A stretch of DNA of 64,000 nt from NCBI RefSeq assembly GCF_003018235.1, contig NZ_CP027437.1; one strand, given 5' to 3'. The stretch comes from Escherichia coli. GTDB taxonomy: Bacteria > Pseudomonadota > Gammaproteobacteria > Enterobacterales > Enterobacteriaceae. Position numbers and translations under genes: made by a program. The notes under the pieces are model-generated. The model was given only the letters and a program-made list of their open reading frames with translations. It ran no database searches and was not told the DNA's origin. Below are positions 14,131 to 24,677 of this stretch, piece by piece. Numbering within the stretch: position 1 is the first letter of the stretch; each line of letters opens with the position of its first letter.

Positions 14131-14985
14131 TTAACCTGCAATAGCCATTCCTACCGTCATGTGCAGGCCATAAAAGAGCACACGCCCGATCATCTCACCG
14201 CCAAGTATGAGGATTAGCCCCAGAACAAGTCCGGCAACGTGAGGTTCACGGCGACGAATGAGCGGACAAAGCCAGCATCCTAGACCTGTGCATAACAATA
14301 CCACACGCCAGACCTGTAAGGAGGCGTAATCTGGTACCAGTGCGCTGGCTTGTTGTACGGATGAGTGAATAGACGCCAGAGACAAACCTTGCAGCACAAT
14401 CACCCCGGCACAAGCGATCAGCGCCAGAACGCTAATGATGGCAAATGGTGTGGTATTAAATGTAACGCGGGCTGCCCGCAGAATTGCAGCAGCAAGTATT
14501 GGACCGCTCAATAATACTGTCAGGAAGAAAGCCAGCGTAGTGTAACCGTTATGCCAGGTTGGCACAGTGTCGATTTGATACACGCCGGTCATCATCCAGA
14601 CGAAAATGACGCCGAGCGCCATGCTGACAAGTAACCAGAGTTTCCCCAACGCTTGCGGCATTTTACCGATGATCGCCACCAGCCACCATAATCCGCCAAC
14701 GGCAAAAAATATTGAACCGGCAGCAATCTCGTTACTCAGACCAGAAGCTCCGATTCGATTCAGCGAGTTAAACGCCCGCAGTGGCGATCCCAGGTGCATG
14801 ACAGAGGCAATAAACCCGATGCCCATCAACAGCCAGAGGAAAAACATGCCACGAACAATGTGCTGACGGTCTGCGTCATTTTTGGCGGCGAACCAGCCAA
14901 TTCCGCTAACAATCAGCGCGCCTACTACGCATTGACCCAATACGGTAAAGATAACCAGTGGCCATTCATGCCATCCATTTCCCAT
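14131..14985 (-). CDS. ynfH: DMSO-reductase-type membrane anchor subunit YnfH (DmsC paralogue)
   Basis: 284 aa from MGNGWHEWPLVIFTVLGQCVVGALIV; 8-TM anchor; track ORF has an 80-aa unsupported upstream extension overlapping ynfG. Confidence 0.85.
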   Translation of the reverse strand: MGNGWHEWPLVIFTVLGQCVVGALIVSGIGWFAAKNDADRQHIVRGMFFLWLLMGIGFIASVMHLGSPLRAFNSLNRIGASGLSNEIAAGSIFFAVGGLWWLVAIIGKMPQALGKLWLLVSMALGVIFVWMMTGVYQIDTVPTWHNGYTTLAFFLTVLLSGPILAAAILRAARVTFNTTPFAIISVLALIACAGVIVLQGLSLASIHSSVQQASALVPDYASLQVWRVVLLCTGLGCWLCPLIRRREPHVAGLVLGLILILGGEMIGRVLFYGLHMTVGMAIAG

Positions 14986-14986
14986 T

Positions 14987-15604
14987 TTACACTTCCTCCG
15001 GATTAGCCAGATAACCAGTGGTATCGCCGGTCGGGCGGCTGTTGGCGTTAGGTTTGATAACGATATTGGGTTTTGTGAAATGCGCGCGCGGCAGTGGCGC
15101 GACGGCAGCCAGAGTGCCGTGCTTCTGGCGCAGCTCTTCAATTGGACCGAACTCAAGTGCACGCAGCGGGCAGGATTCGACGCATATGGGTTGTTTCCCC
15201 TCGGCGACGCGCGAATAACAACCATCGCACTTCGTCATGTGCCCTTTTTCAGCATTGTACTGTGGCGCGCCGTACGGACAAGCCATGTGGCAGTAGCGGC
15301 AGCCGATACAAACATCTTCATCAACCACCACAAAGCCATCTTCACGCTTATGCATTGCGCCGCTGGGGCAGACTTTTGTACATGCGGGGTCATCGCAATG
15401 GTTACAGGAGATGGAGAGATAATAAGCGAACACGTTCTGGTGCCAGACGCCATTATCTTCCTGCCAGTCGCCGCCAGCATATTCATAAATACGGCGGAAA
15501 CTGACTTCCGGGCCAAGATCTTTAAAATCTTTGCACGCCAGTTCGCAGGTTTTACAGCCAGTACAGCGGCTGGAATCGATAAAAAATCCATATTGTGTGG
15601 TCAT
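14987..15604 (-). CDS. ynfG: DMSO-reductase-type 4Fe-4S subunit YnfG (DmsB paralogue)
   Basis: 205 aa with four ferredoxin-type Cys clusters (CTGCKTCELAC, CNHCDDPACTKVC, CIGCRYCHMACP, CDGCYSRVAEGKQPICVESCP). Confidence 0.9.
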   Translation of the reverse strand: MTTQYGFFIDSSRCTGCKTCELACKDFKDLGPEVSFRRIYEYAGGDWQEDNGVWHQNVFAYYLSISCNHCDDPACTKVCPSGAMHKREDGFVVVDEDVCIGCRYCHMACPYGAPQYNAEKGHMTKCDGCYSRVAEGKQPICVESCPLRALEFGPIEELRQKHGTLAAVAPLPRAHFTKPNIVIKPNANSRPTGDTTGYLANPEEV

Positions 15605-15614
15605 GGGCTACTCC

Positions 15615-18038
15615 TTAAACCTTTTCGATCTGGACAAGATTGCTGTGCGACGGGTTTCCCTTTGCCAGCGGTGAAGGGCGGTGAGAGGTCAGAATATTGA
15701 TACTGCCGCCGTGATCGACCCGGTCACCAAACATATCCGCTTTAAGCCACGCACCTTGCCCGATGGCGGTAACGCCAGGCAGAATACGCGGAGTCACTTT
15801 TGCGGCAATCAGCATTTCTCCATTATTGTTAAATACCCGCACGGTATCGCCATGACGGATACCGCGTGCCTGAGCATCAATAGGGTTTATCCACACCTCT
15901 TGTGGGCAGGCCTGCTGTAACACATCAATATTGCCGTAGCTGGAGTGGGTACGCGCTTTGTAGTGGAAGCCCGTTAGCTGCAGTGGATAGGTTTTCCGCA
16001 GGGGATCGTCCCAGCCATCAAAACCTGGGGTATACGCAGGAAGGGGATGAATAATTTCATCTTTTTTCAATTCCCAGGTATCCGCAATCGTCGCCAGTCG
16101 TTCAGAATAAATTTCGATTTTCCCCGAAGGTGTTTTCAACGGGTTTGCCTGTGGATCTTCACGGAATGCGCGGAAAGCGACGTAGTGTTCTTCCGGGCAT
16201 TTTTTCTTAAAGATCCCGGTCGTTTTCATCTCCTCGTAGTCGGGCATCTCAGGGTTACGTTCCTTCGTTTTCGCATGGAGATATTTGATCCATTCGTGCT
16301 GACTGCGGCCTTCAGTAAAGGTTTGATAAACGTCTGGTCCTAAGCGTTTGGCGACTTCACTCAGCATCCAGTAGATGGGTTTGCGTTCAAATTTTGCTGA
16401 GGTTGCGGGTTGGGCGAGGATCACATAGCCCATATTCCCGGCAGATTCGTGAGAGATAAGGTCTTCTTGCTCTGTTGGCATCAGGTCGGGCAACAGGATA
16501 TCGCAATACTTAGCCGAGGCAGTCATGAAGTGGTCAATGCCAACAATCATCTCGCACTTGCTGTCATCCTGAAGCACCTCATGGGTGTGATTGATGTCGC
16601 CATGTTGATTGATCAATGTGTTACTGGCGTAGCACCATAAAAACTTGATGGGGACATCCAGTTTTTCTTTTCCACGAACACCATCACGGGTCGCGGTCAT
16701 TTCCGTACCGTGGTCGATGGCATCTGTCCATGTAAAGACGGAAATCTGCGTTTTAACAGGATTCTCAAGCATCGGGAACCATTCTACCCCCAGATCCCAG
16801 CTACCTTCGCGTACACCTGAGTTGCCGCCGTTTATGCCGACGTTACCGGTGAGAACGGAAAGCATGGCAATAGCGCGGGACGTTTGTTCGCCGTTGGAGT
16901 GTCGTTGTGGCCCCCAACCCTGACAAATATAAGCAGGTTTTGCTGAACCGATCTCTCGTGCCAACTGGATAATTTTTTCTGCCGGGATGCTGGTGATTTT
17001 TGCTGCCCATTCCGGCGTTTTAGCTATGCCGTCAGGCCCTTCGCCCAGAATATAGGCTTTATAATGCGCGTTACGTGGTGCGTTGGCGGGCAGCGTTTTT
17101 TCATCGTAACCAACACAATATTTGTCGAGAAATGGCTGATCGACCATGTTTTCAGTAATCAGTACCCAGGCAATCGCACAGGCCAGTGCGCCATCGGTGC
17201 CTGGGCGAATTGGCAGCCATTCATCTTCACGCCCGGCAGCAGTGTCGTTATAACGTGGATCGATGACGATCATGCGTGCGTTTGAACGTTCTCGGGCTTG
17301 CTCGACGTAGTAAGTGACACCACCGCCGCTCATCCGGGTTTCTGCCGGGTTATTTCCGAACATAACGACCAGTTTCGTATTGGCTATATCATCCGGGCTG
17401 TTGCCATCATTGGCACCGAACATATAACTCATTGCGGCACTGATTTGAGCGGTACTGTAGCTGCCATAGCGACTGAGAAAACCACCGCAAGAGTTCATCA
17501 GACGGTACGGGACGTTCGAGTTGGTGATGTTTCCGCCATCTACGCCTGTTCCGTACAGGACATGTACAGCCTCATTGCCGTATTCTTTCAGGATCCGCCG
17601 AAGATTATCACTGATGGTATCCAGGGCTTCATCCCAACTTATCCGTTCAAATTTACCTTCACCGCGCTTGCCGACGCGCTTCATGGGATATTTCAACCTA
17701 TCAGGATGATTCATCCGTCGGCGGATAGAGCGCCCGCGTAAACACGCCCGAACCTGATGATTACCGTAGACGTCGTCACCTGTCGTATCAGACTCCACCC
17801 AGTACACGGTGTCATCTTTCACATGCAAACGTAACAGACAGCGGCTCCCGCAGTTAACGGTGCAGGAACTCCAGACCGCTTTCTCTTCTACCGGTGCCTC
17901 TGCCGCTCGGACCATTTGGGAAAATGGCAGAGTGAAAGCACTGCTTGCCAGCGCAAGACTGCCAAGTGCGGAGGTTTTCATCAGACTTCTACGGCTGATT
18001 TCAGCCTTCATGAGCGCCTCTGTGGTATGGATTTTCAT
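15615..18038 (-). CDS. ynfF: Molybdopterin oxidoreductase catalytic subunit YnfF (DmsA paralogue, selenate/DMSO reductase family)
   Basis: 807 aa from MKIHTTEALMKAEISRRSLMK (twin-arginine signal), N-terminal Cys cluster CTVNCGSRC, molybdopterin-binding domains. Confidence 0.9.
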   Translation of the reverse strand: MKIHTTEALMKAEISRRSLMKTSALGSLALASSAFTLPFSQMVRAAEAPVEEKAVWSSCTVNCGSRCLLRLHVKDDTVYWVESDTTGDDVYGNHQVRACLRGRSIRRRMNHPDRLKYPMKRVGKRGEGKFERISWDEALDTISDNLRRILKEYGNEAVHVLYGTGVDGGNITNSNVPYRLMNSCGGFLSRYGSYSTAQISAAMSYMFGANDGNSPDDIANTKLVVMFGNNPAETRMSGGGVTYYVEQARERSNARMIVIDPRYNDTAAGREDEWLPIRPGTDGALACAIAWVLITENMVDQPFLDKYCVGYDEKTLPANAPRNAHYKAYILGEGPDGIAKTPEWAAKITSIPAEKIIQLAREIGSAKPAYICQGWGPQRHSNGEQTSRAIAMLSVLTGNVGINGGNSGVREGSWDLGVEWFPMLENPVKTQISVFTWTDAIDHGTEMTATRDGVRGKEKLDVPIKFLWCYASNTLINQHGDINHTHEVLQDDSKCEMIVGIDHFMTASAKYCDILLPDLMPTEQEDLISHESAGNMGYVILAQPATSAKFERKPIYWMLSEVAKRLGPDVYQTFTEGRSQHEWIKYLHAKTKERNPEMPDYEEMKTTGIFKKKCPEEHYVAFRAFREDPQANPLKTPSGKIEIYSERLATIADTWELKKDEIIHPLPAYTPGFDGWDDPLRKTYPLQLTGFHYKARTHSSYGNIDVLQQACPQEVWINPIDAQARGIRHGDTVRVFNNNGEMLIAAKVTPRILPGVTAIGQGAWLKADMFGDRVDHGGSINILTSHRPSPLAKGNPSHSNLVQIEKV

Positions 18039-18098
18039 CATTACTCACTTATTGCTTTTCAAACAAAATGTCATGTCAGAATTTATGGTTGTAGTGGG

Positions 18099-20524
18099 TT
18101 ATATTTTTTCGATCTCGACCAGATTAGTGTGCTGCGGGTTTCCCTTCGCCAGTGGTGAAGGGCGCAGAGTGGTTAGCGTATTCACACAGCCGCCATGGTC
18201 GATTTTATCGCCAGACATATTGGCCTCGTGCCAGGCTCCCTGGCCCATAGCGCTAACCCCAGGGAGAATGCGTGGTGTCACTTTGGCTGGTAGCCGAACT
18301 TCGCCACGATGGTTATACACCCGCACCATATCGCCGTTGGCAATCCCACGTTTCTGTGCGTCTATAGGGTTGATCCACACCTCCTGACGGCAGGCAGCCT
18401 TCAGGACATCAATGTTGCCGTAGGTCGAGTGAGTACGGGATTTGTAATGGAAACCGAACAGTTGCAGTGGAAAGGTACTACGTTCAGGGGAGTCCCAGCC
18501 TTCAAAGGTTGAGGCATAAACCGGCAGTGGGCTTATCACTTCATCTTTTTCCAGTTCCCAGGTACGGGCAATTTCCGCCAGCTTGCTGGAATAAATTTCA
18601 ATCTTACCGGAAGGCGTTTTAAGTGGATTTGCCTCGGGGTCGTCACGAAATGCTTTGTAGGCGACAAAATGACCATTGGGATCTTTACGCTTATAGATAC
18701 CCATTTTTTTCAGTTCGTCGTAAGACGGTAACGCCGGATCTTTGGCAAGCATTTTGGCGTACAGATGTTGTAACCATTGTTCCTGCGTGCGACCTTCTGT
18801 GAACTTTTGATAGACGTCAGGTCCAAGACGTTTCGCGACCTCACTCAGGATCCAGTAAATCGGTTTGCGTTCGAATTTTTCGCTGGTGACTGGCTGAAGG
18901 AAAATGAGATATCCCATGTTACCGGCGTAGTCGTTAGGAATAATATCTTCCTGCTCAACGGTCATCAGGTCTGGCAGCAGAATGTCGGCATATTTTGCCG
19001 ATGAGGTCATAAAGTTTTCGATGACCACAATCATTTCGCATTTCGATTCGTCCTGCAGAATTTCATGCGTTTTGTTGATGTCAGAATGCTGATTAACGAG
19101 GGTATTTCCCGCATAGTTCCAGATGAACTTAATGGGCACATCCAGTTTATCTTTGCCCCGGACACCGTCGCGGATTGCCGTCATTTGCGGGCCATGATCG
19201 ATAGCATCTGTCCAGCTGAAGCAGGAGATTGACGTTTTGACCGGATTATCCAGCACCGGTAGGCGTTCTATGGTAATGGTATAGGTCGATTCACGCGCGC
19301 CACTATTCCCGCCGCTGATGCCGACATTGCCCGTCAGAATAGGCAACATCGCAATAGCACGTGCAGTCAGCTCGCCGTTTGCCTGGCGTTGCGGTCCCCA
19401 GCCCTGGCAGATATAAGCGGGTTTTGCTGTGCCAATTTCACGCGCCAGTTTGATGATACGGTCCACCGGGATACCGGTAATTTGCGAAGCCCACTGCGGC
19501 GTTTTCGCTGTTTTATCGTCACCTTCACCAAGAATATAGGCTTTATAGTGACCATTTTTTGGTGCATCTGCGGGTAAGGTTTTTTCGTCATAGCCGACGC
19601 AGTATTTATCGAGAAAAGGTTGATCAACGAGATTTTCGTTAATCAATACCCAGGCAATACCCGCAACCAGCGCGGCATCGGTGCCCGGGCGAATAGGTTG
19701 CCATTCGTCTTCACGACCAGCAGCTGTATCGGTATATCGCGGATCGATAACAATCATTTTGCGTTCGATTTCTCGCGCGCTTTTTCAAGAAGATAAGTGA
19801 TGCCACCGCCGCTCATGCGGGTTTCTGCCGGGTTGTTACCAAACATCACGACCAGCTTGCTGTTTTCAATATCCGTGGTGCTGTTGCCATCATTACTGCC
19901 GTAGGTGTAGGGCATGGCACAGGAAATTTGCGCGGTGCTGTAGGAGCCATACTGGTTGAGTGAACCGCCGTAGCAGTTCATCAGGCGTTTGACCGCCGAG
20001 GCGGATGGCGAAGAGCGGGTCATATTGCCGCCAACGATCCCTGAAGAGTACTGAATATATACAGCCTCATTGCCATATTGTTCGACGGTTTTTTTCAGGC
20101 TACTGGCGATAGTATCCAGGGCTTCATCCCAGCTAATCCGTTCGAATTTGCCTTCGCCGCGTTTGCCCACGCGTTTCATTGGGTAATTCAAGCGATCGGG
20201 ATGATTAATACGCCGACGGATGGAGCGACCGCGCAAACAGGCACGTACTTGATGATTGCCATACTCGTCGTTGCCGGTGTTGTCAGTTTCCACCCAGGTC
20301 ACTTCATTATCTTTAACATGCAGACGAAGTGCACAGCGGCTACCACAGTTGACGGAACAGGCACCACAGAGCACTTTCTCGCTGGCCTGTTGTACCGCTG
20401 CCGCTGCACTGCGCAGGGTGAACGGTAAAGAAAAACCGCCTGCAGCCAGCGCCAGAGAACCTATCGCGGTAGATTTAACGAGTGTTCTGCGGCTGATGCC
20501 CACCATTTGTTCATTTTTGGACAT
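18099..20524 (-). pseudogene. ynfE: ynfE (DmsA-type catalytic subunit) interrupted by a 1-bp frameshift in a homopolymer run
   Basis: Two adjacent ORFs in different frames (19754..20524, 256 aa, twin-arginine N-terminus MSKNEQMVGISRRTLVK; 18099..19757, 552 aa, begins MIVIDPRY) together align collinearly with intact YnfF; junction reads gca aaa tga ttg on the coding strand, where the paralogue has an in-frame ...NAR-MIVIDPRY. Confidence 0.75.
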
Positions 20525-20623
20525 AACTCACTCCCTGTTCTTTATCGTTATATAAAAGTTTATATATTGAATATTTAGCGCGCTAACAATAGAGGGAGTC
20601 TACCTATTTTGGGTTAAGAATTA

Positions 20624-20637
20624 TTAATCCATATCAA
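20624..20637. promoter_or_regulatory. Candidate FNR-type site upstream of ynfE operon
   Basis: TTAAT-CCAT-ATCAA, one mismatch from TTGAT-N4-ATCAA, centred ~106 bp upstream of ynfE start codon; anaerobic-respiration operon context. Confidence 0.3.
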
Positions 20638-20722
20638 TAGAAGGGTATGAGTAATAAGGTGGGATTATGTTGTATGTTCAAATCGCCGGATGTGTCGTAT
20701 CCGGCGTGCAGTCGATAATGTG

Positions 20723-21028
20723 TTACTGCGGTTCGGCAGGCGCGCCATCCTGGGTAGACTGCGCGGGAGCAGAGACGTTACCGCTGGTGGTGCGGGTGTA
20801 GAGAATTTTATGCGTATCATTAGCGCAATGCCCGACGACCTGGGAATCAGGCTGATCAACCTGGTCATTGGGTACAATACTTAACGTGAAGCTGCTTTCG
20901 GGTACGCCATTATTGATAATGCGCTGTGATATATCGCTCTGTATGCGCTCACAGGATCCCGGCGCGGCGAGTACCGCGGGTGAGGCGAGGGCGAGCAGAA
21001 GCGCGGCACAGCAGGTTGAGAGTTTCAT
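20723..21028 (-). CDS. ynfD: Secreted DUF1161-type protein YnfD
   Basis: 101 aa from MKLSTCCAALLLALASPAVLA (signal peptide); synteny between ynfE and ynfC. Confidence 0.75.
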   Translation of the reverse strand: MKLSTCCAALLLALASPAVLAAPGSCERIQSDISQRIINNGVPESSFTLSIVPNDQVDQPDSQVVGHCANDTHKILYTRTTSGNVSAPAQSTQDGAPAEPQ

Positions 21029-21135
21029 CATAAGCTCCTTACGCGAAGATAACTTCTCTAAGCATAGCATTTAACGTGTAAAGTACTGTATTTGCTACTA
21101 TGATTGAGAATCATCTCTACTCTCTGGTGACTGTT

Positions 21136-21846
21136 GTGAAATACAAATTACTGCCATGCTTACTCGCGATATTCCTCACAGGATGTGACCGCACAGAGGT
21201 AACACTTTCCTTTACCCCTGAGATGGCCAGTTTCTCTAATGAATTCGATTTTGATCCGCTGCGTGGTCCGGTAAAAGATTTCACTCAGACATTAATGGAT
21301 GAGCAAGGTGAAGTGACGAAACGTGTTTCGGGGACTTTGTCGGAAGAAGGCTGTTTTGATTCACTCGAATTACTGGATCTGGAAAATAATACCGTGGTTG
21401 CCCTGGTACTGGACGCCAATTATTACCGTGATGCCCAGACACTGGAGAAAAGAGTTCGTTTGCAGGGAAAATGCCAGCTAGCAGAATTACCTTCTGCCGG
21501 GGTGAGTTGGGAAACCGATGATAATGGCTTTGTGATTAAAGCCAGCAGCAAACAGATGCAGATGGAATATCGCTATGATGATCAGGGTTATCCGCTGGGT
21601 AAAACCACGAAAAGTAACGACAAAACATTATCTGTTAGCGCTACGCCATCAACGGATCCGATCAAAAAATTAGATTACACAGCGGTTACTTTACTGAATA
21701 ATCAAAGGGTTGGTAATGTAAAACAGAGCTGTGAATATGACAGTCACGCCAATCCGGTGGACTGTCAGCTAATCATTGTTGATGAAGGAGTAAAACCCGC
21801 CGTCGAACGGGTTTACACCATCAAAAATACTATCGATTATTATTAA
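21136..21846 (+). CDS. ynfC: UPF0257 lipoprotein YnfC
   Basis: 236 aa from GTG 21136 giving MKYKLLPCLLAIFLTGCDRTEV (lipobox LTGC); no in-frame ATG at the expected start. Confidence 0.75.
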   Translation: MKYKLLPCLLAIFLTGCDRTEVTLSFTPEMASFSNEFDFDPLRGPVKDFTQTLMDEQGEVTKRVSGTLSEEGCFDSLELLDLENNTVVALVLDANYYRDAQTLEKRVRLQGKCQLAELPSAGVSWETDDNGFVIKASSKQMQMEYRYDDQGYPLGKTTKSNDKTLSVSATPSTDPIKKLDYTAVTLLNNQRVGNVKQSCEYDSHANPVDCQLIIVDEGVKPAVERVYTIKNTIDYY

Positions 21847-21848
21847 TG

Positions 21849-22409
21849 CTATTGTGCGGTCGGCTTCAGGAGAGTCTGACCCGGTATTTTGTGCTCTGCC
21901 AGATACTGATGCTGGAATATGCACATGCGAATGGCATTCCGATATTGACCATTAATAAAGAACTCATGCATCAATTCACCTTCAACCGTAAAGCCAAGCT
22001 TGCGGTAAATGTGAATCGCTTTTTCATTCTCTTTATCGACGATCAGATACAGCTTATAGAGATTGAGAACGGTGAAGCCATAGTCCATTGCTAATTTTGC
22101 GGCACGCGTTGCCAGACCTTTCCCCTGATATTCCGGGGAGATAATTATCTGAAATTCTGCGCGGCGATGAACATGGTTAATTTCCACCAGCTCCACCAGA
22201 CCGGCTTTTTCGCCGTCACATTCCACCACAAAGCGCCGTTCGCTCTGATCGTGAATATGCTTATCGTACAGATCAGAGAGTTCAACAAAGGCTTCGTAGG
22301 GTTCCTCAAACCAGTAACGCATCACACTGGCGTTATTGTCGAGTTGATGTACATAGCGTAAATCTTCACGCTCCAGCGGGCGTAGCTTAACACTGTGGGC
22401 GCTTGGCAT
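21849..22409 (-). CDS. speG: Spermidine N1-acetyltransferase SpeG (GNAT family)
   Basis: 186 aa [41 protein letters not shown]...; GNAT fold motifs. Confidence 0.95.
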   Translation of the reverse strand: MPSAHSVKLRPLEREDLRYVHQLDNNASVMRYWFEEPYEAFVELSDLYDKHIHDQSERRFVVECDGEKAGLVELVEINHVHRRAEFQIIISPEYQGKGLATRAAKLAMDYGFTVLNLYKLYLIVDKENEKAIHIYRKLGFTVEGELMHEFFINGQYRNAIRMCIFQHQYLAEHKIPGQTLLKPTAQ

Positions 22410-22443
22410 AACGTGTCCTTACATTCCTTAAATCAATAACAGG

Positions 22444-22785
22444 TTATGGGGTAATAACGCGGCCAGTTCGACGGTCCAGGCAGCGCAAAGTATTTGGCTC
22501 CCAGTAGGCATTGATGTTGGCGCTTTGCTCACATTTATCGCGGTTATCAAAAGCGGCGTCGGCTTTATCCCACTCTTTTTCAGTGCGTTTATTCACTTTC
22601 TGGCGCAGATTGCGCGTGTCATTCCATTGCTCTTTTTCCATAGCGGCGTGCTGGCGGCTTTGTGCACTGTCGCCAGACTCAATCACCAGTTTGTTAGTTT
22701 CGGCATGAACAGTTGTGCTCAATGCCAGTGTGCAAGGCAGCAGAAAAGCGAGCAGGCCAATTCGTTTGCTGAGAGTAATTTTCAT
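22444..22785 (-). CDS. ynfB: Secreted DUF1283-type protein YnfB
   Basis: 113 aa, signal peptide [28 protein letters not shown]; synteny next to speG. Confidence 0.8.
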   Translation of the reverse strand: MKITLSKRIGLLAFLLPCTLALSTTVHAETNKLVIESGDSAQSRQHAAMEKEQWNDTRNLRQKVNKRTEKEWDKADAAFDNRDKCEQSANINAYWEPNTLRCLDRRTGRVITP

Positions 22786-22919
22786 AATTCATTCCCTGTA
22801 TGAATGATTAAAGGTGATTCTACACCATCCACTGCGAACGCAAAACGTACCAGGAGGATGTTTATATTGATGATATTATGTCGTCCTATAACTATACATG
22901 ATGTCAATAAGTGACAAAG

Positions 22920-23246
22920 ATGATTAAAACAACGTTACTATTTTTTGCTACTGCGCTGTGTGAAATTATTGGATGCTTTCTGCCCTGGTTGTGGTTAAAA
23001 CGAAACGCCAGTATCTGGCTGTTACTTCCGGCGGGGATTTCTCTGGCACTGTTTGTCTGGTTGTTAACGTTGCATCCTGCGGCGAGTGGGCGTGTTTACG
23101 CGGCTTATGGTGGCGTTTATGTCTGCACGGCGTTGATGTGGCTGCGCGTTGTGGATGGCGTGAAACTGAGTCTTTATGACTGGACGGGGGCGTTGATTGC
23201 GCTTTGCGGCATGTTGATCATTGTTGCGGGCTGGGGGCGCGCGTAA
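22920..23246 (+). CDS. ynfA: UPF0060 inner-membrane protein YnfA
   Basis: 108 aa from [26 protein letters not shown]; four TM helices. Confidence 0.8.
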
Positions 23247-23451
23247 GGACATAAATCCATTTTATCAATAAGATACAAGGAAGTGTCAGCTGACAAAAGG
23301 TATTCTATTTCATCTTTTGTCAACCATTCACGGCGCAAATATACGCCTTTTTTTGTGATCACTCCGGCTTTTTTTGATCTTCATGCTTGTATGGTAGTAG
23401 CTCAGTTGCGTAGATTTCATGCATCATGACAAGCGATGCAAGGAATCGAAC

Positions 23452-24666
23452 ATGAAGATCGTAAAGGCTGAAGTTTTTGTTACCTGTCCGGGGCGTAATT
23501 TCGTCACATTAAAAATCACCACTGAGGACGGTATTACGGGCCTTGGGGATGCCACCCTCAATGGACGTGAGCTTTCCGTGGCCTCTTATTTGCAGGATCA
23601 CCTTTGTCCGCAGCTTATTGGTCGCGATGCGCACCGTATCGAAGATATCTGGCAGTTTTTCTATAAAGGTGCTTACTGGCGTCGCGGTCCGGTTACGATG
23701 TCGGCCATTTCAGCGGTTGATATGGCGCTGTGGGATATTAAAGCCAAAGCTGCCAACATGCCGCTTTACCAGTTACTCGGCGGCGCGTCTCGTGAAGGGG
23801 TGATGGTTTATTGCCATACCACCGGTCACAGTATTGATGAAGCTCTGGATGATTATGCTCGTCATCAGGAGCTGGGATTCAAAGCCATCCGCGTGCAGTG
23901 CGGAATCCCTGGTATGAAAACCACCTACGGCATGTCGAAAGGTAAAGGTCTGGCTTATGAACCCGCAACTAAAGGACAGTGGCCGGAAGAGCAGCTGTGG
24001 TCGACGGAGAAATACCTCGATTTTATGCCGAAATTGTTTGACGCGGTACGTAACAAGTTTGGTTTTAATGAACATTTGCTGCATGACATGCACCATCGCT
24101 TAACGCCTATTGAAGCGGCGCGCTTTGGTAAAAGCATTGAAGATTATCGCATGTTCTGGATGGAAGACCCGACGCCTGCGGAAAACCAGGAATGCTTCCG
24201 TCTCATTCGCCAACATACCGTCACACCCATCGCGGTGGGTGAAGTCTTCAACAGCATCTGGGACTGCAAGCAACTGATTGAAGAGCAACTTATCGATTAT
24301 ATCCGCACTACGCTGACCCACGCGGGTGGCATTACCGGTATGCGCCGGATTGCCGATTTTGCTTCGTTGTATCAGGTACGTACTGGCTCACACGGTCCTT
24401 CCGATTTGTCACCAGTCTGCATGGCTGCGGCGCTGCACTTTGATCTGTGGGTCCCCAATTTCGGTGTCCAGGAGTACATGGGTTATTCCGAACAAATGCT
24501 TGAAGTCTTCCCGCACAACTGGACTTTCGATAACGGCTATATGCATCCGGGAGACAAACCGGGTCTTGGCATCGAATTCGATGAAAAGCTGGCGGCGAAA
24601 TATCCCTATGAACCTGCTTATCTACCAGTCGCACGTCTGGAAGATGGCACGCTGTGGAACTGGTAA
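23452..24666 (+). CDS. rspA: Starvation-sensing protein RspA (enolase superfamily, D-mannonate/altronate dehydratase-like)
   Basis: 404 aa from [40 protein letters not shown]; track ORF carries an 11-aa upstream extension. Confidence 0.9.
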
Positions 24667-24677
24667 GGAGTAAGATA

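Noticed and set aside
15080-18387. Long plus-strand ORFs (15080..15700, 17298..17741, 17809..18387) opposite ynfG/ynfF
   Set aside because: Antisense to strongly supported molybdoenzyme genes; no motifs or RBS.
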